From assembly GCA_013043685.1 (NCBI GenBank), contig JABDNT010000081.1:42800-106799 (forward strand): a DNA stretch of 64,000 bases, written 5' to 3'. This DNA is from Flavobacteriaceae bacterium. GTDB lineage: Bacteria; Bacteroidota; Bacteroidia; Flavobacteriales; Flavobacteriaceae. Below, piece after piece: positions 36,766-47,905 of this stretch. Below the pieces are notes generated by a model. It saw only the letters and a program-made list of their open reading frames with translations. It ran no database searches and was not told the origin of the DNA. Each line of letters starts with the position of its first letter. Within the stretch, counting starts at the first letter, position 1. A program made the position numbers and the translations under genes.

Positions 36766-39507
36766 ATGAAAAAAATTCTCCTTCTTGTGTTACTTTTCAC
36801 AGCAACTGTATCTTTTGCCCAGGTGAAACTCCAGGGTGTTGTGAAGGACAGTATTAGTGGTAGTCCGCTCGAATTGGCCAATGTAATCGCCATTGATCAG
36901 AACACCAGCACTATGGAATCCTATGCGGTGACCAATCCTGAAGGAAGGTATGTCCTTCGTTTGGGAAGGAACGGCACCTACAAACTGCAGGTCAGTTATA
37001 TAGGAATGAAAGCTGTCGAGACTATTATTAATACCAGCGAAGAAGATATTACAAGAAATTTTGAATTAAGTGCGGATAATACACTGGATGAGGTTAACAT
37101 TACCTATGAAATGCCTGTCTCAGTTAGTGGTGATACGCTTACCTATAACGCCGATTCGTTCAATACAGGAACAGAGAGGAAACTAGAAGATGTGCTGGAA
37201 AATCTTCCAGGCGTGGAAATTAACGAAGAAGGCCAGATAGAAGTGGAAGGCAAGGTTGTGAATAAACTCATGGTGAACGGAAAGGACTTTTTCGATGGAG
37301 ATTCAAAGCTGGCATCCAAGAATATTCCCTCCAAGGCAGTTGATAAAATTCAGGTGCTGCGTAATTATTCGGAAGTTGGTCAACTAAGCAGGGTTTCCAA
37401 TAACCAGGACAATGTAGCTTTGAATATCAAACTCAAAGAGGGCAAAGAGAAATTCTGGTTCGGTAATGTGACTGCTGGTGGTGGTTTCTCTCCGGAGGAT
37501 GAACTCTATTTACTTCAACCCAAATTGTTCTATTATAGTCCGAAGTTCAGCCTAAATTTCATTGGTGACCTCAATAACACTGGTGAAGTGGCACTAACCA
37601 GACGTGATATACGAGGTTTTGGTGGCGGTTTCAGGCTTCCTAGCAGGACCAGTGGCACCAATATCAACTTAGGTGATAACAGTCTTAACTTCCTAACCAA
37701 CCAGGGTAATGCGCTGGAGATTGAATCGAAGCTTGCGGCCACGAATTTCAACTATTCCCCAAATCAAGCCCTTGACATCAGCGGATTCTTCATCTTTAAT
37801 AGCAGTAGAATACTTTCTAAGGAGACAAGCTTTGTGCAATATACCGATTCAGACCTGGGAATTCCCGATGAAGCCACGGAACAACGAAGCAGGGAGCGAT
37901 CGGATCAGGGATTACTAAAGCTAAGTGCATCCTACAGTCCCAATGTGAACAATCAATTGGACTACGATGTCCTGGGGCGTTTTTCGAACGATACCCAGGT
38001 GCAGAATTTATTTTCATCGGTAGTTGGAAATACCAGTCAGTTCGAGGAAGTTAAACCCTTCAGCATTAACCAAAATATAAACTACTATTACACCCTGAAC
38101 GAAACCAATATTTTCGCCTTTGAAGCGCAACATCTGATAAAAGATGAAGATCCTTTCTACAGTGCATTACTGGAGAATGACCCAACAAATAACGATGCAA
38201 TGGATCCTGATGAAAGGGATGCTTTTGACAACACCGCAGACGCCTTAGGCCTAAATACGACGCTCAATAATTATAACCTGGGGCAGAACAGGCGAATTAA
38301 ATCGAACCAGGTGGACGCAAAGCTCGACTGGTATAATATTCTTAACGACAGAAGCAATATCAACTTCACCCTTGGAACTATTTTAAGCAGACAAGAATTC
38401 AACTCCGATATTTTCCAGTTTCTGGAGAATGGGGCCCGGTTTAATCCAACACCAACCATCAATGATGGCCGGGCTGGTAACGATACCGAATACAATTTCA
38501 GTGATGTCTATCTTGGAGTTCATTATAGGGTTAAAGCAGGTAAATTTACTATTACACCAGGGTTTTCGGTCCACGCTTATGCAAACAAGAATAGTCAGTT
38601 CAATGAAACCTTTGAGGACAATTTTTTTAGACTGTTACCGGACTTCGAAACCAGGATCCAACTAAAAAAGAGTGAGAGCTTAACGTTCAATTACAATATG
38701 CAGAACCAGTTCACAGATGTTACCCGCCTGGCACAGGGACTTGTATTAAATAACTTCAACAGCATACAGTTTGGTAAGCCGGAATTGCAGAATGCACTCT
38801 CTCACAATTTGAGTTTATTCTACCGAAGTTTTAACCTATTCAACTATACCAATGTCTTTGCCCGTGTAGCTTATTCTAAAAATATTGATCAGATAAGAAG
38901 TCTGACGAATTTCGAGAATGTGATCAGGACCAGTACTTTTTTTAATTCCGACTTCGCCGATGAGACTTTTACTGCCTTCGGACGGGTGCAACGTACTTTT
39001 GGCAAGATACGAGCCAGTTTGAACGCAAACTTCAATTACAGCAAGATCAACCAATTCATCCAGGGCAGGCGATCTGTGAACGAAGGATTTACTCAAAGTT
39101 ATACACCTGGGGTACGGACAAATTTCAGGTACGCACCTAATGTGAGTGTAAGATACCGATATAGCATTTCGACGAACAACCAGGGAACTAATGAAACAAA
39201 GTTCATTACAAATGCCCCCTCGATTGAATTTGACGCATATATTTTAAAAGCGTTTACTTTCAGGACAAATTATACCTATAACTCATTGAGTGATGAGGAC
39301 GGTGAAATCAATTCGTTTCAATCCTGGGACGCTTCCCTGTCATATCGAAAAGATCGGGATGCGAAATGGGAGTATGAAATTCAGGCGACCAACCTATTAA
39401 ATATCGATTCCCAGATCCGGAACAGTGCCAATAACCTTTCCGTATTTACTTCGGAAACATTTATACAACCGCGATTTGTTACATTCAGGTTCGTATATAC
39501 TTTATAA
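36766..39507 (+). CDS. TonB-dependent receptor-like outer membrane protein with CarboxypepD_reg domain
   Basis: ORF trimmed to MKKILLLVLLF. GVVKDSISGSPLELANV and a plug-like LEDVLENLPGVEI. Ends in an aromatic-rich barrel (FRFVYTL). Confidence 0.8.
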   Translation: MKKILLLVLLFTATVSFAQVKLQGVVKDSISGSPLELANVIAIDQNTSTMESYAVTNPEGRYVLRLGRNGTYKLQVSYIGMKAVETIINTSEEDITRNFELSADNTLDEVNITYEMPVSVSGDTLTYNADSFNTGTERKLEDVLENLPGVEINEEGQIEVEGKVVNKLMVNGKDFFDGDSKLASKNIPSKAVDKIQVLRNYSEVGQLSRVSNNQDNVALNIKLKEGKEKFWFGNVTAGGGFSPEDELYLLQPKLFYYSPKFSLNFIGDLNNTGEVALTRRDIRGFGGGFRLPSRTSGTNINLGDNSLNFLTNQGNALEIESKLAATNFNYSPNQALDISGFFIFNSSRILSKETSFVQYTDSDLGIPDEATEQRSRERSDQGLLKLSASYSPNVNNQLDYDVLGRFSNDTQVQNLFSSVVGNTSQFEEVKPFSINQNINYYYTLNETNIFAFEAQHLIKDEDPFYSALLENDPTNNDAMDPDERDAFDNTADALGLNTTLNNYNLGQNRRIKSNQVDAKLDWYNILNDRSNINFTLGTILSRQEFNSDIFQFLENGARFNPTPTINDGRAGNDTEYNFSDVYLGVHYRVKAGKFTITPGFSVHAYANKNSQFNETFEDNFFRLLPDFETRIQLKKSESLTFNYNMQNQFTDVTRLAQGLVLNNFNSIQFGKPELQNALSHNLSLFYRSFNLFNYTNVFARVAYSKNIDQIRSLTNFENVIRTSTFFNSDFADETFTAFGRVQRTFGKIRASLNANFNYSKINQFIQGRRSVNEGFTQSYTPGVRTNFRYAPNVSVRYRYSISTNNQGTNETKFITNAPSIEFDAYILKAFTFRTNYTYNSLSDEDGEINSFQSWDASLSYRKDRDAKWEYEIQATNLLNIDSQIRNSANNLSVFTSETFIQPRFVTFRFVYTL

Positions 39508-39556
39508 CTAAAACTTTACATTTGTTTACCTAATAGATCAACATAAAATTAATACC

Positions 39557-41629
39557 ATGAAAAAATTCATTATTCTATTTCTTTTTCTACCCTTTTTATC
39601 TTTCGCTCAAGAAGGGAGAATTGGAAAAGTATTTGAAGCAGTAAACGCCGAAATAGCGAGATCGGGAGAATTTCAGCAATTCCAAATTTTTAATCAACAA
39701 ACAAGGAGCTCGAGCAATGATTACGCAGAGAGTGTAAATGACGGGGTGATTCTTGAAATGGATCAAGAGATGATCAATAATTTACGCCGTCAGAGTCCTG
39801 CCCGAATGAGTCTTACTTTACCATTTAGATCAACTGGGGAAACCGTAGCTCTGGATCTAATTCAGGTAGAGGTTTTTTCTCCTTCCTTAACTGCTGTAAC
39901 CGATACCGGAATTGATTTAGCTAATACTGTCGATTTTGGTGTACATTATCGTGGAGTGATCGCTGGAAACCAGAACTCTCTGGTATCCATCAGTATCTTC
40001 GAAACACAAGTAATTGGCTTTATTTCCAATAGTGAAGGCAACTTCACCTTAGGGAGGCTTAGTGACTCGAGTAGCGATCATATCCTTTATAAGGATACCG
40101 ACTTAAGACAAGCTCAATCATTTGAATGTTTTACTGAAGACGACAACGAAGGATACACAGCCGAACAACTTTCAAACCCAGGGAATCGTGACCCGGGAGA
40201 TGTTATTGAGATCTACATTGAAGCGGGATCGACTGTTGCGGGTTCTTTTGGTGGTGATCTACCCAATACGGTTGCCTTTCTAACAGGTGTTTTTGCGCAG
40301 TGTTATGCACTTTATGCCAATGATGGTATCAGCGCACGTACGTCCAGCATGTTCGTCTGGACCGAATTAGATCCATATACCGGGACCAATACTACTACTA
40401 AACTAAACCAGTTCAAAGCTAATTTGCCACAAAATGGATTTGATGGCGACCTTGGGCACCTGGTCGAAGTACAGAATATAGGTGGTCAGGCTGCAGGGTT
40501 CTCTGGTCTTTGCGCGGCAAACACCGATGACAGTCTTTGTGTAAGTGGTTTCCTTGGAACGAGCTTTAACACCATTCCAACCTACTCCTTCAATGTATAT
40601 CTCATAGCGCACGAAATGGGTCACCTTATGGGATCAAGACACACACACGCCTGTGTCTGGAACGGTGATAATACAGCTATCGACGGCTGTGCCGGATTTA
40701 CAGAAGGCGGCTGCCCGCTGCCCGGGCTGCCTGCCGGAGGTGGAACCATAATGAGTTATTGTAATAATACCGGTGTAGGTGTTAATTTCAATGAAGGTTT
40801 CGGGCCTCAACCTACAGCCGTGATCCTTAACAATATAGATGCCGTAGGAAATTGCCTCGTGCCTATAGGTACTCTGGTCCCGCCTACAGCCGTGTGTACG
40901 AATTACACCGCCGTATTAGATACGAACGGAACTGTTACAATTGTACCGGCAGATGTTGACGGAGGAAGTTATGATGATCTTGGAATTACGAATTATACTA
41001 TTGACATCGACACATTTGATTGTGACGATCTTGGTGACAATGATGTGTTGCTAACTGTTACCGATGGTGATGGCTTGTCGCATACCTGTATAGCTATTGT
41101 GAAAGTCGTAGATGAAACAGATCCTGTTGTAACTGATTGCCCGGCAGATTTCACTGAAGTTATACCGCAGGGTACGCAGTACGAACTGCTGGATTATACC
41201 GGAACAGTTACCGCCACAGATAACTGTCCATCAGTAACGATCAGCCAGGACCCTGACCCTGGAACTTTACTGGACGAAGGTGTATATACTATCACGCTTA
41301 CAGGAGAAGATGAAGACGGTAATGAAGGAAGTTGTTCATTTGAGCTAACCGTTGAGTTTATCCTGGCCAATTATGATGCCTCTTTATTGTCTAGTCTCGC
41401 ACTCTATCCTAATCCCGCTTTTGAGTACGTTCAATTGAGCAATCCTCAGAACCTGGAATTGGAAAGAATTGCCATATATGACATAACCGGAAGATTGATC
41501 CAGCAGGAGGATCTTACCGATATGGGAACAGAGGTTAGTATCGATGTTTCTGCGCTCGCTGCTTCAACTTATTTTGTTATAATCAGCAATGATGAGAGCC
41601 AGGTTGCGAAGCAATTAATTAAGAAATAA
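39557..41629 (+). CDS. Reprolysin-like (M12B) zinc metalloprotease with HYR-like modules and a T9SS C-terminal sorting domain
   Basis: HEMGHLMGSRH zinc motif. Repeated D-rich beta modules. C-terminus LYPNPAFEYVQL...STYFVIISN. Confidence 0.8.
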   Translation: MKKFIILFLFLPFLSFAQEGRIGKVFEAVNAEIARSGEFQQFQIFNQQTRSSSNDYAESVNDGVILEMDQEMINNLRRQSPARMSLTLPFRSTGETVALDLIQVEVFSPSLTAVTDTGIDLANTVDFGVHYRGVIAGNQNSLVSISIFETQVIGFISNSEGNFTLGRLSDSSSDHILYKDTDLRQAQSFECFTEDDNEGYTAEQLSNPGNRDPGDVIEIYIEAGSTVAGSFGGDLPNTVAFLTGVFAQCYALYANDGISARTSSMFVWTELDPYTGTNTTTKLNQFKANLPQNGFDGDLGHLVEVQNIGGQAAGFSGLCAANTDDSLCVSGFLGTSFNTIPTYSFNVYLIAHEMGHLMGSRHTHACVWNGDNTAIDGCAGFTEGGCPLPGLPAGGGTIMSYCNNTGVGVNFNEGFGPQPTAVILNNIDAVGNCLVPIGTLVPPTAVCTNYTAVLDTNGTVTIVPADVDGGSYDDLGITNYTIDIDTFDCDDLGDNDVLLTVTDGDGLSHTCIAIVKVVDETDPVVTDCPADFTEVIPQGTQYELLDYTGTVTATDNCPSVTISQDPDPGTLLDEGVYTITLTGEDEDGNEGSCSFELTVEFILANYDASLLSSLALYPNPAFEYVQLSNPQNLELERIAIYDITGRLIQQEDLTDMGTEVSIDVSALAASTYFVIISNDESQVAKQLIKK

Positions 41630-41659
41630 CACCTTACAAGAGGTATACTCACTAATTCT

Positions 41660-41698
41660 AATCCCCGTTTGACTAATCAAATTAGTTAAACGGGGATT
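41660..41698. terminator. 18-bp stem intrinsic terminator (one G-T pair), loop CAA, followed by T5
   Basis: AATCCCCGTTTGACTAAT-caa-ATTAGTTAAACGGGGATT, then TTT. Lies between convergent genes. Confidence 0.8.
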
Positions 41699-41724
41699 TT
41701 TAATTCGTGCGACTTTATCGCTGT

Positions 41725-42048
41725 TTAATTTTTCTTCTTTATTTCAGTAATTGAGATACCAGGATGGGCATTTCGTATCAACCCGCAATTGACGCTATCC
41801 AGAACTTTATATCCAATCATAACATCCAGGCTGTCTATCTTATACTGTTCAGGTAAATTCTCAGGTTTATAAATCGTTGAAGACACGTCCACGACCCATC
41901 CGCAACCATCCAGGGCAGGATCACCGTAATTTCGTATAACTGCATCTTCACATTTACCGCATTCGCTTTCCATTAAAAGTCCGTCCTTGCTTTTACAAGA
42001 CAAAAATAGCAGAAAGGCAGAAATAACAGTAATGCTAAGGCGTTTCAT
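41725..42048 (-). CDS. Hypothetical small lipoprotein (Cys-rich)
   Basis: Trimmed to MKRLSITVISAFLLFLSC (lipobox). Confidence 0.55.
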   Translation of the reverse strand: MKRLSITVISAFLLFLSCKSKDGLLMESECGKCEDAVIRNYGDPALDGCGWVVDVSSTIYKPENLPEQYKIDSLDVMIGYKVLDSVNCGLIRNAHPGISITEIKKKN

Positions 42049-42244
42049 GATTTTTCTATTAGTCAGAAGGCGAAAGATACTGATTAATTGGGTCTTGTTT
42101 ATCACAATGGAAATCTTAAGAAATGTCCATCACGAAGATGTAGTAATGAACTTACGCTATTCGGTCGTGAAATAACATTGTATTTTATTGAAAAACAGTA
42201 ACTTATGTGTTCAATCCAGAAATAACTAACTAAATCAAACAATT

Positions 42245-43747
42245 ATGTCACACCTAAAAAAACTATCTACGTTCATAATGATGATAGCGTTGCTGCTCGT
42301 CATTTCATGTAAATCTTCAGAAGAATCCAAAGTAACATTCCCTGAGAATGACATCCCGATTGGTGAGACCTCCCAAGAGGCATTGAAGGAGTTCATGGAA
42401 GGTTTAAAATTGTACGACCAGGGTGATTTCATCAAGTCCAGGCCACATTTCAGAAAAGCGATCGAACTGGACCCGGATTTCGTAAGCGGTCATATGTACA
42501 CGGCATATACCAGTAATTCAGTTAAAGATTGGTCGGAAAACAGGGATAAGTTCCTGGCGATGCGCGATAAGGCAAATGAGGCCGAAATTATTATGATGGA
42601 TCTGATAGAAGCCGATCTGGATAATGATACGGCCAAGGAATTGGAATTAAGCAAAGCCCTCGTTGAAAAATACCCGAATTCGGCACGGGCTATGGACAAT
42701 TTAGCCGGATATTATGTGGGCATGGATGAAGTTGAAAAAGCCAGGGAACACTGGATGAAAGCACATGAGCTCGATCAGGACTTCATTTCTGTAATATCCA
42801 GCCTGGGTGCTTCCTACCTATTTACTTCAACCAAGGATTTCAATAAAGCAGAAAAATATATGCAGATGGTGGTTGATAAACTTCCGGAAAGTTCTCAAGC
42901 CCGTATTGGCCTTGGAGACTGTTATCGTGCCCAGGGCGATCTCGGTAAAGCGCTTGCGAGCTATAAGAAAGCCGCCGAATTGGATACTGAGAATGAAGTT
43001 GCACATTCGAAAGCCGGCCATGCCAATACATTTATGGGGAACTATGAGCTGGCACGTCAAAATTTTAAAGACGCAAGGAAGGTTAGTGAATTCGGAACCG
43101 GATCTTACAATTTTGAAGCCTATACTTATTTATATGAAGGTGATTATAAAAAAGCCCTGGCATTCCTCCAGGAAGGTGCCGAGATGTTTGATAAAATGGA
43201 TATCCCGGAAAGTAATAAAAATGGAGCGAAAATGGGTTGTGCAAGGGATTGTGCTATGATCGCCATGCACTATGGTGATGCGGACCACCTGAAGGAATTG
43301 GTTGCGATGATGAAACCTATGTCGAACCAATTTAGTGAAGAGGCTGATGACCCGATAACTACGCTATATCAAAAAGCTAATATGCATTATTGGGATGCCA
43401 TGGCTTCCGTCACAGAAGGTGATTACGAAGCCGCAGCCGCTAAGGCAGATATGATCAAAGCTGCAATGGAAACTGTTAATGATCCTAATAAACTAAGATC
43501 TTATCACAGGGTCCATGCCTTCGTCAATTACAAAAAGGGTGATTACGATAAGGCCCTGGAACATATGGCCGAATTAAATGAGGACAACGTATATATTAAA
43601 TTCTGGAAGGCCAAAGCCCACAAGATGAAGGGTAATGATGAGAAATCCATGGAGCTATTCAAGGAAATTGCGAACAATAATTTCAACAGTGTTGCCTATG
43701 CCCTTATTCTGAACCAGGCCAAAGAAATGACGGCTGCAGTAAATTAG
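42245..43747 (+). CDS. Tetratricopeptide repeat lipoprotein
   Basis: Lipobox VISC. Multiple TPR-like A..Y...G....A units. Confidence 0.75.
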   Translation: MSHLKKLSTFIMMIALLLVISCKSSEESKVTFPENDIPIGETSQEALKEFMEGLKLYDQGDFIKSRPHFRKAIELDPDFVSGHMYTAYTSNSVKDWSENRDKFLAMRDKANEAEIIMMDLIEADLDNDTAKELELSKALVEKYPNSARAMDNLAGYYVGMDEVEKAREHWMKAHELDQDFISVISSLGASYLFTSTKDFNKAEKYMQMVVDKLPESSQARIGLGDCYRAQGDLGKALASYKKAAELDTENEVAHSKAGHANTFMGNYELARQNFKDARKVSEFGTGSYNFEAYTYLYEGDYKKALAFLQEGAEMFDKMDIPESNKNGAKMGCARDCAMIAMHYGDADHLKELVAMMKPMSNQFSEEADDPITTLYQKANMHYWDAMASVTEGDYEAAAAKADMIKAAMETVNDPNKLRSYHRVHAFVNYKKGDYDKALEHMAELNEDNVYIKFWKAKAHKMKGNDEKSMELFKEIANNNFNSVAYALILNQAKEMTAAVN

Positions 43748-43808
43748 GGCTATCACTGATCTTAGGAAATTCTGTATAGAAATTACTTGATCATATAGTG
43801 AAATATTG

Positions 43809-43840
43809 AAGCCTCTCCTGACATATGTCAGGAGAGGCTT
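43809..43840 (+). terminator. Perfect 15-bp stem terminator AAGCCTCTCCTGACA-ta-TGTCAGGAGAGGCTT followed by a T-run
   Basis: Read directly. Shares the GCCTCTCC/GGAGAGGC stem with the element at 47733-47754. Confidence 0.8.
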
Positions 43841-43883
43841 ATTTTTATAACTTTAGTTCTATCTTTGGAAAAATCACCAACCA

Positions 43884-45275
43884 ATGATCACCAAGCTAGG
43901 TAATTATTTCTCCGAGGGCTTCAAGAAGTTCATGCCCAATTCATTCGTTTTTGCTTTAATATTAACTCTCATAGCAACCTTAGCTGCCATATTGTGGGTT
44001 GAAGCTTCCTTCATAGAAACAGTAGAAAGCTGGTATAAAGGTTTCTGGATCTTGCTGGAATTCGGAATGCAGGTGACCCTCATTCTAATTACCGGATACA
44101 GCATTGCCTTATCTTCGGTTGCCAACAAGGGTATTAATTTTATAGCCAGGTATATACGCACCCCTAAACAGGTGTATGTGTTTGTAATAATTATCGGATT
44201 CTTATTTTCATTGATTAGCTGGGGCTGGCTGGTGATTACGGCTGTCCTGGGGAGGGAACTCGCAATGAGGGTCAAAGGGCTGAACTATTACTATCTCATT
44301 GCATGCGTTTATTTTTCGGGGGGTTTATGGGTATGTGGTTTGTCCAGTTCTATTCCGCTATTGCTCAATACAGAAAATAACTTCCTGTTGGAGCAGCAGG
44401 TATTGACCACTACTTTACCTACTTCATTAACATTAGGTTCTATACTGAACCTGAGCATTATCGCGATGTATTTTGTAATGGGCCCGTTGTTGTTCTGGCT
44501 ATTAGCCCCAAAAAAGGTTATCGATCTGCCTGGCCTATTACATAAAAAAAGCGGGGCTGAACCATCCATCAAATCGGAAGCCAAAGATTCAAGTCTTGAG
44601 ATGCCTGCACTCTCTGATAAACTCAACAACAGTTGGATTCTTCAGTATGTGGTCGCTGCTATGGGATTGGTGTATATCGTCTATTATTTTTCCACGAAAG
44701 GCATTGATCTGAACCTGAATGTAATGATCTTCATATTTATTATCCTGGGATTGTTTCTTCATAAGACTCCCATACGTTATGGTATTGCGATGCAACGTGC
44801 GAGTGCTAACATATCAGGGATCCTGTTTCAATACCCTTTCTACGCGGCTATTATGGGAATAATGCTGTACACGGGACTTGGAGAACGGCTTGCAGATATG
44901 ATGGCGTCTGTAGCTACCGTGGATTCCTATCCATTTTTTGCATTTCTTTCCGGTGGGGTGGTTAATTTCGCTATTCCTTCGGCGGGAGGGGAATTTGCAG
45001 TTATTGGCCCCAGTATTTTAACGGCGGTCAAGGAAATTGGTGCAGGATTAGATCCCGGCCAGGTAAATGTCATGGTGGCCAAAGCCTCTCTTTCGGTTGC
45101 CTATGGAGAATCACTAACCAATCTATTACAGCCCTTCTTTTTATTGATAGTTTTGCCAATAATGGGCAAAGGAATTAAAGTGCAGGCCCGCGATGTTATG
45201 GGTTACCTCATAATTCCGTTTGTGGTGATATTTATCATCCTGGCTTTGCTGGTGACGTACATTCCTATTTTATAG
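43884..45275 (+). CDS. Short-chain fatty acid transporter (AtoE family)
   Basis: 463 aa polytopic protein whose pattern resembles AtoE/TIGR00366-type transporters. Recognised by eye. Confidence 0.65.
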   Translation: MITKLGNYFSEGFKKFMPNSFVFALILTLIATLAAILWVEASFIETVESWYKGFWILLEFGMQVTLILITGYSIALSSVANKGINFIARYIRTPKQVYVFVIIIGFLFSLISWGWLVITAVLGRELAMRVKGLNYYYLIACVYFSGGLWVCGLSSSIPLLLNTENNFLLEQQVLTTTLPTSLTLGSILNLSIIAMYFVMGPLLFWLLAPKKVIDLPGLLHKKSGAEPSIKSEAKDSSLEMPALSDKLNNSWILQYVVAAMGLVYIVYYFSTKGIDLNLNVMIFIFIILGLFLHKTPIRYGIAMQRASANISGILFQYPFYAAIMGIMLYTGLGERLADMMASVATVDSYPFFAFLSGGVVNFAIPSAGGEFAVIGPSILTAVKEIGAGLDPGQVNVMVAKASLSVAYGESLTNLLQPFFLLIVLPIMGKGIKVQARDVMGYLIIPFVVIFIILALLVTYIPIL

Positions 45276-45715
45276 GACCCACTGTAAGTGAGGGATGGGA
45301 TAGATCTTAATTCATTTCGTAATCATCATTATTCATGACCTGGATCATTGTATAATTTGTGTAAATAATCTACTTTTTTAAGTTGATAGTTTGTATTCTC
45401 CTCTTCGGGCTATCTGCATGAATTATTTGTTATATAAATATAGGTATTTATCATAATCTGAACACATCAGACTCCCCTATTAGTTGGGTTGTGATACTTG
45501 GAAAAGTGAAGTAAAAAATAATCCGGAACTGTGTTTCCGGTACTTTTCTGAAAGATTCAACAAAATACGATAATGAATATTTCGAGGAAATCTTCCAGGT
45601 ATTGACTGACGATATTTAGGTGCCTATATCACGAATCCATTTCGATTCGCAGAATATGGCGAAATACACAGTATGGTAAAATCAGACAATTTAAATGTCT
45701 TTAATCTAATTAATC

Positions 45716-46378
45716 ATGAAAAATCTATTCTTAGCAATACTATCAGGGTTGATTTTACTCACAGCGTGTAGTAAAGATGAATCCTTCGAACCAATTGACG
45801 AGCAAAGCAACGAAGTTGTTTATGTGTTCGACCAGAACATGGATGTGGCCGATTTTAGCAATGTCACGATCGACAAAATACAGGAAATTTCAAACAACAG
45901 GGGTCCCGGATATAATGAAGGTTTTGCCCATTCCAGCGGATTTTATAAGCCTCAATGTAAGGATCCGATGATTCTTTCCTGGTTCGCAAATCTCGACGAT
46001 ACAGGATGCCATGGAACAGCTGAATTACAAATTATAAGACCCAATTTTACCATGCATCTGGCCATGGAAACCGAATGTATTAATGCTGAAGGTAACAAAG
46101 CTGTGTATGGAGCTATAATTACCGAGGTTATAGAAATCTCCGGTAATATACCTCCAATCACAGAGATGTGGCGGCTCTACTTTGAAGTAACCGATAATTA
46201 CCAAATGGGATCCGGAGGCTTTGATCATGATCAAATTTCAAACAGATTGATACTTGCCTCTCCTCGATCTGTGTCCCTATGTAACGTATACCCACCAAAT
46301 CATCCTATGTGGTCAAGTGAAGGCCATTCAGATGTGATGAGTCCAGGTTTTGTAAAAGTAACCGACCTCACAGAATAA
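45716..46378 (+). CDS. Hypothetical lipoprotein, paralogue of 53216..53899
   Basis: Lipobox LLTAC. Shares an A.YG..IT....I and YFEVTDN/YFAVEDN core with the other copy. Confidence 0.6.
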   Translation: MKNLFLAILSGLILLTACSKDESFEPIDEQSNEVVYVFDQNMDVADFSNVTIDKIQEISNNRGPGYNEGFAHSSGFYKPQCKDPMILSWFANLDDTGCHGTAELQIIRPNFTMHLAMETECINAEGNKAVYGAIITEVIEISGNIPPITEMWRLYFEVTDNYQMGSGGFDHDQISNRLILASPRSVSLCNVYPPNHPMWSSEGHSDVMSPGFVKVTDLTE

Positions 46379-46400
46379 TATCAAACTTATTAACTATAAG

Positions 46401-46428
46401 CCCACTTCCCATCACAGGAAGTGGGTTT
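46401..46428 (+). terminator. Intrinsic terminator CCCACTTCC-catcaca-GGAAGTGGG + TTT
   Basis: Perfect 9-bp stem, 23 nt after the stop codon. Confidence 0.7.
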
Positions 46429-47134
46429 ATTAGTTATTTTAAATGGATTTATTAAGATAAAGTGCATCCAACGAAGAAAGCCTTTCCAAACGGAAAGGGC
46501 TTTTACAAAATAGCTTTCTCCAAACCAAAATCCCTATATCAGAACTTTTGGATGCCACTTTTTTTCCTGGCTACACCGCAATAACCAGCGTCATTCGAGA
46601 GATGTTTTGAATTGGTAACTTCTCAACCGTATGAGTTCGGTGAAGCCGCTATGACTTTATTTCTGCGGTACCTCGTAATAATGTCGTTCTGTTCAATTCC
46701 TGAGCTTTCAACGCAGCCAGAACCTGCTCATTAAATCGCACGCCGTCAACGTGCATATCGGCAACGATTTCCCTGATCGGATTAAATTTTTTCTTTTTCA
46801 TATTCAAATCTAATCTATTTTGTGTTTAACTTATTTAAAATAAAGTTAAACATTTAAATCTGGTCAGCCATCGTAAGCGCAATACCACCAGCCGCGTACA
46901 TGGTAGCCGGGTTCCAGAATATAGAAACTAATAGAAGTATAGCAAGCCCAACTTTGATAGTGTCAAGAAATTGTACTTACAGAGAAACTAGATATCAGTT
47001 TTTAATTAATTCTTATACGGCAGATGTCGCTAATAAACTCTTAATATTTTACAACATAACGCTAAACTTTGTTAACGAAGTCCCGAAGCTCCAAAAAATT
47101 ATGCATATTGAGCCAAACCAAAAAAAAGAAAGCT

Positions 47135-47578
47135 ATGTTACGAACGTATAATAAGTACGGAATTATTATCGCGATTTCCCTTATCGCATATTTTCTATTC
47201 ATGAAATTATTTGGATTGCACCAATATCCGGCACTGAGTATTTTCAATGCACTCCTATTCGGGGGTGGAATCTACAGGGCGATTCAAACTCACATGCGGG
47301 ACCGTCCCGACTATAAATACCAGGATCTATGGCAAGCCGGATTTATGAGCGGCGCTATTGCTACGATAATCTTTACAGCATTTATGGCCGTCTATATGTA
47401 TCAGATCGATACCGTATTCGCGTCGGAGATTTTGACGGGTTGGGGACTGAACTACAATGCAGGTGTCCTGGTCATGTTATTTTCCATGGTACTAATGGGA
47501 ATGTCCACATCCATAGTTTGTGTACTGACGTATATGCAGCGCTTTAAGAAATCGTGGAATCCTACAAAACCGTTATAA
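47135..47578 (+). CDS. DUF4199-like small membrane protein
   Basis: Trimmed to MLRTYNKYGIIIAISLIAYF. Four TM helices. Confidence 0.55.
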   Translation: MLRTYNKYGIIIAISLIAYFLFMKLFGLHQYPALSIFNALLFGGGIYRAIQTHMRDRPDYKYQDLWQAGFMSGAIATIIFTAFMAVYMYQIDTVFASEILTGWGLNYNAGVLVMLFSMVLMGMSTSIVCVLTYMQRFKKSWNPTKPL

Positions 47579-47724
47579 GAAAGTAATCATTATCTTCTGA
47601 AGATTAAATCAATGCTATAACGCTTCGGGAACCTGAACATGCGATGGAAGATATAAAGGAACAACTCAGAATAAAGTGACTATTACCAGGTCACTATTTT
47701 TGACTTTTTGAAAAACGAAATCAA

Positions 47725-47754
47725 CAAAAAAAGCCTCTCCATCCAAGGAGAGGC
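47725..47754 (-). terminator. Intrinsic terminator (minus strand) GCCTCTCC-ttggat-GGAGAGGC + T8
   Basis: Perfect 8-bp stem and a T-run when read on the minus strand. Downstream of 47906..48634. Confidence 0.75.
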
Positions 47755-47905
47755 TTCTCATTGGTCTAATTCTGGATCCAATTCTCCATGGCTTCCAACT
47801 CCGCCTGGCTATAGAAGCCCGCGAAAATGTGGGGGAGAATTATTCCACTTTTTCTTATCATGTGAAAGGGTAATGTAAATCCCTGGAGCGAAAGCTATAG
47901 CGCTT

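Noticed and set aside
42807-43259. 150-aa plus-strand ORF in an alternative frame of the TPR gene
   Set aside because: It is fully embedded out of frame in a 500-aa TPR lipoprotein ORF. Its K/R-rich composition is typical of off-frame translation of AT-rich coding DNA.
43904-44795. Minus-strand ORFs (123, 106 and 68 aa) inside the AtoE-like transporter gene
   Set aside because: They are antisense to a long polytopic transporter ORF and have no independent signals.
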